A stretch of 32,000 bases of DNA from Candidatus Kuenenia stuttgartensis (GCF_900232105.1 NZ_LT934425.1:2850001-2882000), one strand, 5' to 3'. Counted from the stretch's first letter, positions 18,848-29,012 are shown. Numbers and translations are program-made. The notes: a model not told the origin generated them from the sequence alone.

Positions 18848-19465
18848 ATGGACAGTAGCCGAAAGAAACATTGGGAAAATGTTTATGAACAAAAGAAACC
18901 GTCAGAGGTCAGTTGGTACCAGGTTAACCCTGCTGTGTCACTGGAGTTTATCACCTTGGCAAAACCAGACAATGCTGCAAAAATTATTGATGTGGGTGGC
19001 GGTGTGTCTGTCCTTGTGGATGAATTGCTGGAGAAGGGATATCGGGATTTAACCGTTCTGGATATTTCATCAAGAGCTATTCAATATGCTCGGGAGAGAC
19101 TGGGCAGGCGGGCTGAAAATGTATGCTGGATTGAGGCCGATGTAACAGAATATGTCGCGCCCTATCCGTTTGACCTTTGGCATGACAGGGCGGTGTTTCA
19201 TTTCCTGACCGATCCATCGGACAGAAAGAAATATGTTGAGGTATTACAAAATTCTTTGAAAAGGGGAGGGCATTTGATTATCGCCGCTTTTGCAATTGAC
19301 GGCCCAACAAGGTGCAGCGGTCTTGATATTGAACAATACGACGCGGAAAAATTACAAAATGAATTAGGAAGCGAATTCCTTCTGATGGAGGAAAAACAGG
19401 AAATTCATGTTACTCCAGCCAGCAAAGAGCAGAAATTTGGTTTTTTCCGGTTTATGAGAAAATAA
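18848..19465 (+). CDS. Class I SAM-dependent methyltransferase
   Basis: AAKIIDVGGGVSVLVDELLEKGYRDLTVLDISSRAIQYARERLGRRAENVCWIEADV. Confidence 0.88.
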   Translation: MDSSRKKHWENVYEQKKPSEVSWYQVNPAVSLEFITLAKPDNAAKIIDVGGGVSVLVDELLEKGYRDLTVLDISSRAIQYARERLGRRAENVCWIEADVTEYVAPYPFDLWHDRAVFHFLTDPSDRKKYVEVLQNSLKRGGHLIIAAFAIDGPTRCSGLDIEQYDAEKLQNELGSEFLLMEEKQEIHVTPASKEQKFGFFRFMRK

Positions 19466-19557
19466 TTAAATGGTATAGGAAGCAGAGAGGTGCATTCCTG
19501 TGCTGTATTATCAGCGATATCTATTATTTAAGGCCAATAACTATTTACATTTAACCT

Positions 19558-20394
19558 ATGCTCCTGGGAGTACATTGTTCAATAAAAGGCAGTTTGCATA
19601 ACGCCTTCAATGAAGCCGCGTCTTTGGGAATAGACACCTTTCAAATCTTTACGAAAAACCAACGCCAATGGAAAGAAAAAATCGTCGGTCCGGCGGAAAA
19701 AACAATTTTCAGAGAAACATTGCGGCAATCAAACATAAAAACAATTTTTTCACACGCATCCTATCTTATCAATCTTGCCACCAGCGATAGCAGAATTCAC
19801 GCACTTACCCACAATTCCCTCCTGGGAGAGATTCAACGATGTGATGACCTTGGCATTGCGTCTATTATTATACATCCCGGTTTCACAAAAAATACCGGCA
19901 AACAAACCGGCATGAAAAACGTAATCAAAATGATAAAATCAGTACTCAAAAAAACAAACAACTCTCCCGTAAAAATCCTGATGGAAAACACTGCCGGCCA
20001 GGGGTCAAGCATTGGTTATCATTTCAAGCAGTTACAGCAATTAATTGAGGGAATCGGTTCTGGAAGAATAGGCGTCTGTTTTGATACATGCCATGCTTTC
20101 GCAGCGGGCTATGATATAAGGACGAAGATCGGATTTGAAACAACGATGGAGGAATTGGATGCCACGGTAGGCCTCAACTCCCTTTATGCCATTCATTTAA
20201 ATGATTCGAAAGGGGCTTTGGGTAGTAAAATTGACCGGCACGAACATATCGGGCAAGGCGCTATAGGACTGGAACCCTTCAGACAGATTATGAATACAAT
20301 GAAACACATACCGAAAATACTGGAAACACCAAAAGAGGGCGGCATGGATGTGAAAAATTTAAATATTTTAAAAGGATTGGTTGAAAATCGTTGA
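19558..20394 (+). CDS. nfo: Endonuclease IV (AP endonuclease)
   Basis: LLGVHCSIKGSLHNAFNEAASLGIDTFQIFTKNQRQW, LMENTAGQGSSIGYHFKQL, GVCFDTCHAFAAGYDI, LYAIHLNDSKGALGSKIDRHEHIGQGAIG, ETPKEG. Confidence 0.96.
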   Translation: MLLGVHCSIKGSLHNAFNEAASLGIDTFQIFTKNQRQWKEKIVGPAEKTIFRETLRQSNIKTIFSHASYLINLATSDSRIHALTHNSLLGEIQRCDDLGIASIIIHPGFTKNTGKQTGMKNVIKMIKSVLKKTNNSPVKILMENTAGQGSSIGYHFKQLQQLIEGIGSGRIGVCFDTCHAFAAGYDIRTKIGFETTMEELDATVGLNSLYAIHLNDSKGALGSKIDRHEHIGQGAIGLEPFRQIMNTMKHIPKILETPKEGGMDVKNLNILKGLVENR

Positions 20395-20673
20395 TCCCAA
20401 AAAATCAAAGGGGATGTACACTGGTAAGAGAGAATATTTTTGCTTCATCACTTATCCTCCTCAAGACATTAATTCGCAACGAAAACCACACGTAAATATC
20501 GCTAGAATTCATAATATATTATTGTTAGACTAGATATCTTTAATAGCTACAGGCAAATGTAAATCTGGCTTTTCACAAATCCTTAGTAGTGCCATGCAAT
20601 CTTCCCCAACAAGTAGTGAATACATCGTATAAAAAACTTTCCTATTAATATTATGAAGAAGTAACGTTATCCA

Positions 20674-20886
20674 GTGGAAAAAAACAACGAAAAAAAACGA
20701 AAGGGAATAGTTCACATAAATCATAAATATTGCAAACGCTGCGGTATCTGCGTAAATCTTTGCCCGGTGAAGAATCTGGAAATTAAAAACAAAATATTAA
20801 TGGAATTGAATAAATGTATTGTCTGCAGAACCTGCCAGCGTTATTGCCCGGACATAGCCATTGAAATAGAGGAAATAAATGTCTAA
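20674..20886 (+). CDS. korD: 4Fe-4S ferredoxin subunit (delta-type) of 2-oxoacid:ferredoxin oxidoreductase
   Basis: CKRCGICVNLCPVKNLEIKN...CIVCRTCQRYCPDIAIEIE; overlaps next CDS. Confidence 0.85.
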   Translation: MEKNNEKKRKGIVHINHKYCKRCGICVNLCPVKNLEIKNKILMELNKCIVCRTCQRYCPDIAIEIEEINV

Positions 20887-21904
20887 ACAATTATTGCAGG
20901 GAAACCAGGCAATTGTGTTGGGATCTGAGGTTGCAGGCCTGACATTTTTTGCCGGCTACCCCATTACTCCGGCATCGGAAATAATCCACAACCTGGTGAG
21001 CAGGAAAAAAGTAAAAGTACTGCAGATGGAAGATGAAATTTCCTCATTAAGCGCCGTTATCGGTGCGTCACTCGCCGGCCTTAAATCAATGACAGCCACG
21101 TCCGGCCCTGGATTCTCTTTAATGCAGGAAAACATCGGTCTCGCACACATGATGGAAGTGCCTCTGGTGATTGTTAATGTACAAAGAGTAGGGCCCAGCA
21201 CCGGCATGCCTACCTTGCCCGCGCAGGGAGATGTTATGCAATGTATATATGGCAGCCACGGCGATTATTTTCCTATAGTATTTTATCCCAATTCCGTGAC
21301 GGAGCTTTATACTCATACGATAACGGCATTTAATGCCGCCGAAGAATCGTTAAGCCCTGTTATACTGCTTAGTGACGGCTACATAAGCCACCTCTCTGAG
21401 ACAATTGCCCCCCCTGTTAATTTTGTGATCAAAAATCGGGAACGGCTTCCGTTTGGCTGCGGGAATCGTCATTTCACCGGTTTATCACACTATGATTCTC
21501 AACCAAAAACCTCGGATGTTGACAATTACCGAAAACTTATTGCACGTCTGCATGAAAAACAATTACGCATTGCGGGGCAATATAACTATTACGAATACAT
21601 TGAATGCCCGAAGAAAACCGACACATTACTTATCTCTTATGGAGCTTTATCAAGGGTGGCGTATTATTTCAAAAATGATTTTTCATTATTCCGGCCAATA
21701 TTGATGTTTCCGGTTTTTGACGACCTTAAGCGCATCGCATCCCAATATAAAAAAATTATCGTTATGGAAATGAATACAGGCCAATATGCCCGTGAAATTG
21801 AACGTTTATTACACCGCGAAGTAACTTTGATCCCTATCCTCGGCGGGCGCATAAGCCTGGAAGAAATAAAGAGTGTACTCTCTGAAGTGATTAAAAAATG
21901 CTAA
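20879..21904 (+). CDS. korA: 2-oxoacid:ferredoxin oxidoreductase alpha subunit
   Basis: QGNQAIVLGSEVAGLTFFAGYPITPASEIIHNL, MEDEISSLSAVIGASLAGLKSMTATSGPGFSLMQENIG. Confidence 0.92.
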   Translation: MSKQLLQGNQAIVLGSEVAGLTFFAGYPITPASEIIHNLVSRKKVKVLQMEDEISSLSAVIGASLAGLKSMTATSGPGFSLMQENIGLAHMMEVPLVIVNVQRVGPSTGMPTLPAQGDVMQCIYGSHGDYFPIVFYPNSVTELYTHTITAFNAAEESLSPVILLSDGYISHLSETIAPPVNFVIKNRERLPFGCGNRHFTGLSHYDSQPKTSDVDNYRKLIARLHEKQLRIAGQYNYYEYIECPKKTDTLLISYGALSRVAYYFKNDFSLFRPILMFPVFDDLKRIASQYKKIIVMEMNTGQYAREIERLLHREVTLIPILGGRISLEEIKSVLSEVIKKC

Positions 21905-21926
21905 AAAACAAGGGTGTCGTTTTATC

Positions 21927-22697
21927 ATGGAAAACAATGCTATAAAAGACGTCCAGTTCAAACGTTATCTGAAACTCGAACTGCTGCCAACGCCATGGTG
22001 CGGGGGTTGCGGAAATGGTATTGTGCTGAAAACCATATGCCAGGCCTTTTATGAACTCAACTACCCTTTGCAAGGCACGGTAGTCGTTTCGGGGATTGGC
22101 TGCGCAGGGAGAAGTGCGGGATTTTTTAATCTTGATTCAGTACATACCACCCATGGCAGGGCAATTCCCGTAGCAGAAGGTATTAAATATGCGAACGAAA
22201 AGCTTAATGTGGTAGTCGTGAGCGGGGACGGCGACCTGATGGGTATTGGCGGCAACCATCTTTTGCATGCCATCCGGAGAAACACAAACATTACTGTTAT
22301 TTGTTATGCAAATGAAATCTATGGCATGACCGGCGGCCAGGTTTCTCCCATCACCCCAAGGGGTTGCGAGACGTTAACCACGCCGGGAGGAAATCCTGAT
22401 AATCCCATGGATATACAATATCTGTTTAAAGGCAACAAAAGTTTCTTTGCACGCACCACGGCATATCACCTCAGCCACATGAGAAAATGCATCGTGGCGG
22501 CCTTGCAATTTAACGGCTTTTCTTTTGTCGAAGCAAGAACCATGTGTCTCGTCAATTACGGACGCCGGTTAGGGTACAAAAACTCCAATGCAATGTTGAA
22601 CCACTATAAGGAATTTTACAAAATTAATGATAATGCTGAAGAACTGGCGTCAAATGAGATTGGTATATTACAACACCGCAATCGGCCTGATACATAA
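21927..22697 (+). CDS. korB: 2-oxoacid:ferredoxin oxidoreductase beta subunit (TPP-binding)
   Basis: PTPWCGGCGNGIVLKTICQAF, VVSGIGCAGRSAGFFNLDSVHTTHGRAIPVAEGIKYAN, VVVVSGDGDLMGIGGNHLLHAIRRN. Confidence 0.93.
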   Translation: MENNAIKDVQFKRYLKLELLPTPWCGGCGNGIVLKTICQAFYELNYPLQGTVVVSGIGCAGRSAGFFNLDSVHTTHGRAIPVAEGIKYANEKLNVVVVSGDGDLMGIGGNHLLHAIRRNTNITVICYANEIYGMTGGQVSPITPRGCETLTTPGGNPDNPMDIQYLFKGNKSFFARTTAYHLSHMRKCIVAALQFNGFSFVEARTMCLVNYGRRLGYKNSNAMLNHYKEFYKINDNAEELASNEIGILQHRNRPDT

Positions 22698-22738
22698 TTA
22701 GTTGTCAACAAAAAATACTTCATCAAAAGTGGAATTTA

Positions 22739-23038
22739 TTACCACACTTTTCTCAGCGTCTTTAGGCTTTTCAAATAGTCTTCGTACTCCAGGTTTGCCT
22801 CGATTTTGTACTCTTTTAATATATCCATCATCTTTGCTATTGAGACACCTGCAATATGCGCAGCTTTTTCGAGAGATGCCTCTGATTTTTTATATTTTTC
22901 TATGGCAAGCATAACCCGCCCGAGGTCTACCAGCTCTCTTATTTTTTTTGAGACATCTTCATTTTCCTCTTTTGCCAGTGAGGAAAGAAATTTGTAATCA
23001 GTATCACCTATGCGGATACTCAAGGTCTTTGTTGCCAT
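22739..23038 (-). CDS. UPF0175-like putative antitoxin
   Basis: MATKTLSIRIGDTDYKFLSSLAKEENEDVSKKIRELVDLGRVMLAIEKYKKSEASLEKAAHIAGVSIAKMMDILKEYKIEANLEYEDYLKSL; 1-nt gap from downstream-encoded PIN-like partner. Confidence 0.75.
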   Translation of the reverse strand: MATKTLSIRIGDTDYKFLSSLAKEENEDVSKKIRELVDLGRVMLAIEKYKKSEASLEKAAHIAGVSIAKMMDILKEYKIEANLEYEDYLKSLKTLRKVW

Positions 23039-23039
23039 T

Positions 23040-23540
23040 TTATGTACCTCCTCTTAATAGTTTTGTAGCATCGCGAATTATTTCTTTACTATATCGTCCT
23101 ATTAATTGTAATTTCTGTAATTTAAGAAGCGCTGTTTCGCTATCGATAAGCGTTTTTTCAAATGCTCTTATCAAAATAGTTATTGCAGTAACAAAATCTA
23201 ACTTGAGCATTTTGCATGCCCTTATCGCATTTCTATCATCGGTCGCCACCATGGATATCCCTTTCTCGATCGATAAAATAATTGCCTCTGCTTCCCCTCT
23301 ATCGATGCTAAAGTCTTCCATAATATTTTTTGTCTGTGCAATGCCTTTCACCTTAAAAACTTCGATTTTATGATCATTGATTAGTTTTTCTATAGCAGGT
23401 ACTTCAATTCTGCGATCTTCGCATACTTCCGTCATAACTGTTTCTGGAATCAAGACTTTACCTCTAAAATTAGAGACAACCATGTCGAGCATGTCTATTT
23501 TAGCGAGAAGTATTAATGTGGATGAATCAAATACTATCAT
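23040..23540 (-). CDS. DUF3368-like PIN-domain protein, putative toxin
   Basis: MIVFDSSTLILLAKIDMLDMV...VLIPETVMTEVCEDRR...DRGEAEAIILSIEKGISMVATDDRNAIRACKMLKLDFVTAITILIRAF. Confidence 0.82.
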   Translation of the reverse strand: MIVFDSSTLILLAKIDMLDMVVSNFRGKVLIPETVMTEVCEDRRIEVPAIEKLINDHKIEVFKVKGIAQTKNIMEDFSIDRGEAEAIILSIEKGISMVATDDRNAIRACKMLKLDFVTAITILIRAFEKTLIDSETALLKLQKLQLIGRYSKEIIRDATKLLRGGT

Positions 23541-24004
23541 TCACTAATTGTATGACAAATGTAATACAAATGTCAATATTAGAGATAATTGATTTTGGTA
23601 TTCAATTTATTTGCCTGACAATCCATGCCGTGTAACATCTTGTGCGCCATGCCGGTTGACATAAATAAACAATAAGTATTACAAGAAATGAAATTGCACC
23701 CTCTCTCAACGACACGGCTTTTTTTAAAAGCCGGATTGCTACAATATTTCTTATAGTGAAACCAAAATTTTTAATAAATATTTTGAACTCTCATTGAAAA
23801 GAGGGTATAAACCAGATAACACGCTAGCGTTAAAATAGAGTTTTCATCCCCCCCCAAAAACAACATAACAATTGCATCAACCCGACCCTTACGGGTAGTG
23901 CGTTTTCTTAAAATTTGTAGTCCGCAGCGGGTGTTTGGGTTTATGAACGTACGCCCCCTTTTTCCCTGCTGCAGGTTATGTAAAACGTTAAAATCTGATT
24001 TATT

Positions 24005-26458
24005 ATGAATGCAACTGCAGTTTCAACCAAAATGCCGGGAAGCTGGAAATGGCAGGTAATCCCTGTTGCATTTATGGTTATATGGTCATGTATTATCTTT
24101 GTTAACACGTTGCGGAATAATTTTGTTTATGATGATTCTGTTACGATTGTTAATAACCATTTGATTAAGAATTGGGATAATTTCCGGACGTTGTTTTCCT
24201 TTCAGTATTTCATGCTTTCCGGAGAGATAAGCTATCGTCCTATGGTTACGTTTACCTATTTTCTTGACTATTCTCTTTGGGGAGAAAACCCATCGGGGTA
24301 TCACTTCACTAATCTCCTCTTTCATATTGCAAATGTAACAGTATTCTACTTTTTTATTAAAAAGATAACGCGGATACATTCATTGGCGTTTATTTCAGCA
24401 TTATTGTTTGCCACCCATCCCGTAATAACAGAAACAGTTAATTCTATCAGCTATCGCGAAGATATCCTTGCCGCCTTCTTTTATCTAATGACGTTTATCC
24501 TGTTCTTAAAAATCGACGATGGCTTGAAGAAGAAAGGCGCATTTTATCTGTGTTATTCCGGTTCTTTGACTTTCTATGCACTGTCGTTATTTTCAAAAGA
24601 GATGGCAGTAACTCTGCCGGTAATGCTCGTGATATATACATTCTTTTTTCCATCAAAAAATAATCCTTTTAAAGAGTGTGTTAAAAAAATGAAAGGCGTC
24701 TATATTGGATATTTTTTAGTCACGTGCTGCTATTTAATTATTCAGTTTTGGGTATTTAAGGATGTGTCTATTAATCTGAGCGAGTCCGGGCAAAGCATCT
24801 TTGTGATGTTTAAGGTACTTGCCTCGTATATAAAGCTTTTGTTCCTACCTTTTGACCTTAATGCTGATTATGTGATTCTGCCGGTATTGGCAGATGTGGT
24901 ATCGTTTTCAATCTCTGTCGTTTTGATAATTGTACTGATTATTGTTTTATTGCGTATAGGGAAAGGAAACAAATTATTCTGTTTTTTTGCAGTGTGGTTT
25001 TTTGTCACCCTTTCGCCGGTGTCAAATATAATCCCGTTAAGCAATATCATGTCAGAGCGTTACATGTATATTCCCCTCATGGGATTTTCGGGCGCTGTGG
25101 GTGTACTGTTCTGGAAGGGTGTTTCAGAGAATATTTTTGCGAAGATATGCTTTGGCGTGATTTTAATCGTTTTTGCCTTTATAAGTATTTCCCGGAATGT
25201 CGTATGGCATGATGAATTTGCTCTGTGGCATGATGCCCTGGCAAGAGAACCTGACAGTGCACGCGCACACCACAACCTTGGGGTGGTATATAATTCAAAA
25301 GGGATGTATGAAAAGGCGGAGTATGAGTATAAAAAGACCCTGGAAATAAAACCGAATGATGCCGGGGCGTATTATAATCTGGGGAATTTATACGAACGAA
25401 AGGAACTGATTGGCGATGCTATCGCAGCATATGAAAAGGCAATACAATCAAATCCCTACCATGCAGATGCATACAATAATATAGGAAATATTTATAAAAA
25501 AAAGAAACAGTATCCTGCGGCAGTGAAAATGTATGAAAAAGCGATCCGGTGCAATCCGTTCGATTTCCGCTATCACAGTAATTTAGGGCTTATCTATCTT
25601 GAAACAAAAAATTACCGTGAGTCTGTTGACGCCTTTCTGAAAGCATTAAAAATCGCACCCGATAAATCTTCAACGCACAATTCACTGGGAAATGTTCTTA
25701 AAGAAATGGGAGATTTTGATGGCGCGGAAGAGGCATACAAAACAGCGCTTCAATTAGACCCTGCCGATGCAAATATTCACAATAGTTTAGGGATGTTATA
25801 CACAAACATGAAACAATTTGATAAAGCAATGAGAGAGTTTGATACGGCGATCCGGCTCGACCCGAAAATGGCAAGCGCATATAACAATTTGGGAATTGCC
25901 TATGCAAATAAAGGCGACGGGGAAAAAGCGGCAGAGGCATTAAACACAGCGGTAGCCCTTGGATTTGACGGCGCGGATGTGCATAATAATCTGGCATGTG
26001 TGTACATGACAATGGGAATGACGGATAATGCCATCCGGGAACTTGACATCGTCCTGGAATATGACCAAACAGATTGCTATGCGCATTGCAATCTTGGCAT
26101 TGCCTATCTATCCAAAAAAAATGTTGATAAGGCTATTTCTGAGTTTGAAGAGGCTATTAAAATCAATGCGGATGACGCGGATTTTCACCATTACCTTGGC
26201 AATGCCCTTATGGAAAAAGGAAGATATGGAGAGGCAGTTGACGCATTTGCACGAGCAATAGAAATTAATCCTGAAAATTCCTCGGTGCACAAGGCGCTCG
26301 GCGTTGTGTATGCGAATTATTTCAACAACACCCGGAAAGCATTATTTCATTTAAAAGAAACACTGCGGTTAAATCCAAATCAGCCAATGGCAGGCGAAAT
26401 AGAAGCGGCTATCGTTACATTAAGCGGCGGTAGCGATGGCATGGCGCAAAAGCCATGA
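24005..26458 (+). CDS. Polytopic membrane protein with C-terminal TPR array (TMTC/O-GlcNAc-transferase-like architecture), possible protein glycosylation factor
   Basis: N-terminal hydrophobic region with DDSVTIVNNHLIKNW, GYHFTNLLFHIANVTVFYFF, LFATHPVITETVNSISYREDILAAFF; C-terminal TPRs such as DAGAYYNLGNLYERKELIGDAIAAYEKAIQSNPYHADAYNNIGNIYKKKKQY. Confidence 0.88.
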   Translation: MNATAVSTKMPGSWKWQVIPVAFMVIWSCIIFVNTLRNNFVYDDSVTIVNNHLIKNWDNFRTLFSFQYFMLSGEISYRPMVTFTYFLDYSLWGENPSGYHFTNLLFHIANVTVFYFFIKKITRIHSLAFISALLFATHPVITETVNSISYREDILAAFFYLMTFILFLKIDDGLKKKGAFYLCYSGSLTFYALSLFSKEMAVTLPVMLVIYTFFFPSKNNPFKECVKKMKGVYIGYFLVTCCYLIIQFWVFKDVSINLSESGQSIFVMFKVLASYIKLLFLPFDLNADYVILPVLADVVSFSISVVLIIVLIIVLLRIGKGNKLFCFFAVWFFVTLSPVSNIIPLSNIMSERYMYIPLMGFSGAVGVLFWKGVSENIFAKICFGVILIVFAFISISRNVVWHDEFALWHDALAREPDSARAHHNLGVVYNSKGMYEKAEYEYKKTLEIKPNDAGAYYNLGNLYERKELIGDAIAAYEKAIQSNPYHADAYNNIGNIYKKKKQYPAAVKMYEKAIRCNPFDFRYHSNLGLIYLETKNYRESVDAFLKALKIAPDKSSTHNSLGNVLKEMGDFDGAEEAYKTALQLDPADANIHNSLGMLYTNMKQFDKAMREFDTAIRLDPKMASAYNNLGIAYANKGDGEKAAEALNTAVALGFDGADVHNNLACVYMTMGMTDNAIRELDIVLEYDQTDCYAHCNLGIAYLSKKNVDKAISEFEEAIKINADDADFHHYLGNALMEKGRYGEAVDAFARAIEINPENSSVHKALGVVYANYFNNTRKALFHLKETLRLNPNQPMAGEIEAAIVTLSGGSDGMAQKP

Positions 26459-27410
26459 TAGGCGAATAAGTAGTTCATGTCATATCAATTTAAAATTTCA
26501 TAACTCTTGATCTGGTGGAATTTGATTTGATACCAGATTAAATACAAGACGCAAATTTGTACATGGCAGGACGTGCGTATAGCCTGTCCAGTCTCCATGT
26601 TCCATTACAGGGTTTAAAAACAGGTGTCATGCCATTTCCCACTCAGCAATGGTGAAGCTTTTTAATCCTTGCCTATCCCACTGGAATTAATAGGCTTAGG
26701 TACTTTTTGACTAAAAAAAATACTTCAGAAGCTCTGAGAGTTGAGGCGAGATAGGTGGGCGCTTGCCATTTGGACAAAGACGGAGCATTTTTTTCGAAAT
26801 ATCCTTTTCAAGCGCACAGATTTTCTCTACAATATCGCACAGCGCCACATTTTTGTTTGGGAAAATGGGCTGGTGCGCGTGTTATTTACCCCAAAAATTG
26901 ATTATCCTGCCCTGTGATTTTATGGCCAGGGAAAATTTTACAAAAGCCCTATCAGTGCAATTTTGCATTCGGCACAGTCTATACATTACATTTAGGTACT
27001 TTTTGGCGAAAAAACACTTCGGGAGTTTTGAATTGCCGTTATTGCCGTTATTGATGTATAATGCTTAGTAATTTCGGAAATTCTTAAAAAAACTAAAACG
27101 GTTGTAAAATATCGTTTTTTACCGCAGTATAAGAGGTTTTAATGCGGCGTTAACATTGCACTGGCTGCAATGAAAATGTCCTTGACAAGATATTCTACCG
27201 CTGTATAATGTTGAAAATTTTTATGCCTTGAAATTTTGCATGAAAATCTTTTAAAAATTTGTTTAATAAAGAACCTGGGAAGGGGGTGGTTAGGCTAAAG
27301 ATTATTTAATGTTCCTGCTTTTACCTGTGATTCTCGCTTGTGTCACTTAGGTAATAACCGTAGTTTTAAAAGTGTTTAAAGTAAAGAAAGGAGAAGATGT
27401 AATGTTTGAA

Positions 27411-29012
27411 ATTTTTAAGAAACCATTGTCCAGGATTGTAGGTGCGACGTTTGCCTTTGCAGGCGTAACCTTGCTAGCTTGCGCTATGGAAAATGGTGTT
27501 GCAATGGCTGAAGGACCAACTTTTCAGGACGTAGCATCACAGGTATTCGGCCAGCCAGTTGGCCCGGATAATGATGGCACCTTGTATATATTTGGGTTGA
27601 CCGCTAAATATACTGAACCTGAATATGTTGATGGACGTGGGCCATACAAGTCTTTTTTGAAGATGTTACCGTCGATTCGTTGGTACGATCCGGAGCATTA
27701 TTGGACAAATGGAAGCCAGACAGAAGGGGTATTCAAGAACGAAGAATGCGTATTGTGCCATACAGTACAAACTCCGACGATTGTGAACGATTGGAAGCAA
27801 AGTTCGCATGGCAGCAAGGACATAAGGAGAGGGATTGGCATAAAGAAGGATGGAAAACCGGTTGAAGATTTGGTTGGTTGTGCTGATTGTCATGGTAATA
27901 ACCACCAGAAGCTTGAAATGCCAACCTATAAGCTCTGTAACGACTGTCATCCAAAAGAAACAGCGGAACACAGGGCTGGCGGTTTGGGGTCTCATACTCA
28001 TGCATACACAGTTAACGTGTTGGAATTTTCATGGCACGTAGGGAAACCTGCTGAAGAGGTTACTGGCTGTGCGCATTGTCATGCTATTGCGGAAAACAGA
28101 TGTTCCGGTTGCCACACAAGGCACAAATTTGACCCGGCTGAGGCAAGAAAACCGACCGCTTGCAGGGTTTGTCATATGGGTATAGACCATGATGAATGGG
28201 CTATGTACAATACCTCTATCCATGGAGCATTGTATGAAGCAGAATCAGCCAGGATGGACTGGGGCAAGAAGTTGAAGAAGGGTAACTACAGGGTGCCGAC
28301 CTGTGCTTATTGCCATATGCAAAACGGCGATCACAATCCGCAGAGGTTTGGAACGATCTATAGCGATATGGGCATGTTCCAGGTAGACCGCGGGGCACCA
28401 AAACATAAAGCGAAAAGAGACTCTTGGATTAAGTTATGCCAGGACTGTCATTCGCCAAGGTTCGCAGCGGATAAACTCAAAGAAATGGACGCAGGTGTTA
28501 ATTTGAGTTTTACAAAGTGGAGAGAGGCAGCTGCGGTTATCGTGGGTTGTTATCTTGATGGTGTAGTTGACCCAATGCCTGAAGGATCAGCTCCTGATTG
28601 GTACGGTCATTATACTTTCAGCTTGTTACCAGGCGGAGATCCAAGGTTCTACGCGACTTCTAACTTAGAGCGTTTAGGGCTGGAAATGATTTGTTACCTG
28701 ACCGGTAACGTTTATAAGGCATATGCACATATGTCTATGTACAATCAAACGTACGGAAATGGAAGCGCCTTTGAGCAGGACAGAAAATTGGTTGAAATCA
28801 AAACCGAAGCAGCTAAGTTGAGAAGGTTTGCAGCTATTGAGAAAAAGATCGGTTTAGAACACAAATCTGCTGATTTCTGGAAACATGGTGAATATCTTGA
28901 TTTACTCCCAGGCTGGAAGAGAAAACCTGGCGACGTGGATGTTGAATGGTTCAAGAGAACTGATATTCCTCACCGTGCTAATGCAGATGCTGGTGTAGAA
29001 ATACATCACTAA
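27411..29012 (+). CDS. Octaheme HAO-family cytochrome c; candidate hydrazine dehydrogenase/hydroxylamine oxidoreductase of an anammox bacterium (track start at 27372 is an upstream extension)
   Basis: Eight CxxCH motifs (CVLCH, CADCH, CNDCH, CAHCH, CSGCH, CRVCH, CAYCH, CQDCH); signal peptide; C-terminal YLTGNVYKAYAHMSMYNQTYGNG region; resembles Kuenenia HAO/HDH proteins from memory. Confidence 0.9.
   Translation: MFKKPLSRIVGATFAFAGVTLLACAMENGVAMAEGPTFQDVASQVFGQPVGPDNDGTLYIFGLTAKYTEPEYVDGRGPYKSFLKMLPSIRWYDPEHYWTNGSQTEGVFKNEECVLCHTVQTPTIVNDWKQSSHGSKDIRRGIGIKKDGKPVEDLVGCADCHGNNHQKLEMPTYKLCNDCHPKETAEHRAGGLGSHTHAYTVNVLEFSWHVGKPAEEVTGCAHCHAIAENRCSGCHTRHKFDPAEARKPTACRVCHMGIDHDEWAMYNTSIHGALYEAESARMDWGKKLKKGNYRVPTCAYCHMQNGDHNPQRFGTIYSDMGMFQVDRGAPKHKAKRDSWIKLCQDCHSPRFAADKLKEMDAGVNLSFTKWREAAAVIVGCYLDGVVDPMPEGSAPDWYGHYTFSLLPGGDPRFYATSNLERLGLEMICYLTGNVYKAYAHMSMYNQTYGNGSAFEQDRKLVEIKTEAAKLRRFAAIEKKIGLEHKSADFWKHGEYLDLLPGWKRKPGDVDVEWFKRTDIPHRANADAGVEIHH

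Noticed and set aside
23898-23914. Riboswitch upstream of the TPR protein gene (ACCCG..CGGGT hairpin)
   Set aside because: Only a 5-bp stem was found and no known riboswitch core could be recognised.
25304-26400. DNA-level tandem repeat array
   Set aside because: The periodicity is explained by protein TPR units of 34 residues; nucleotide copies are strongly diverged.
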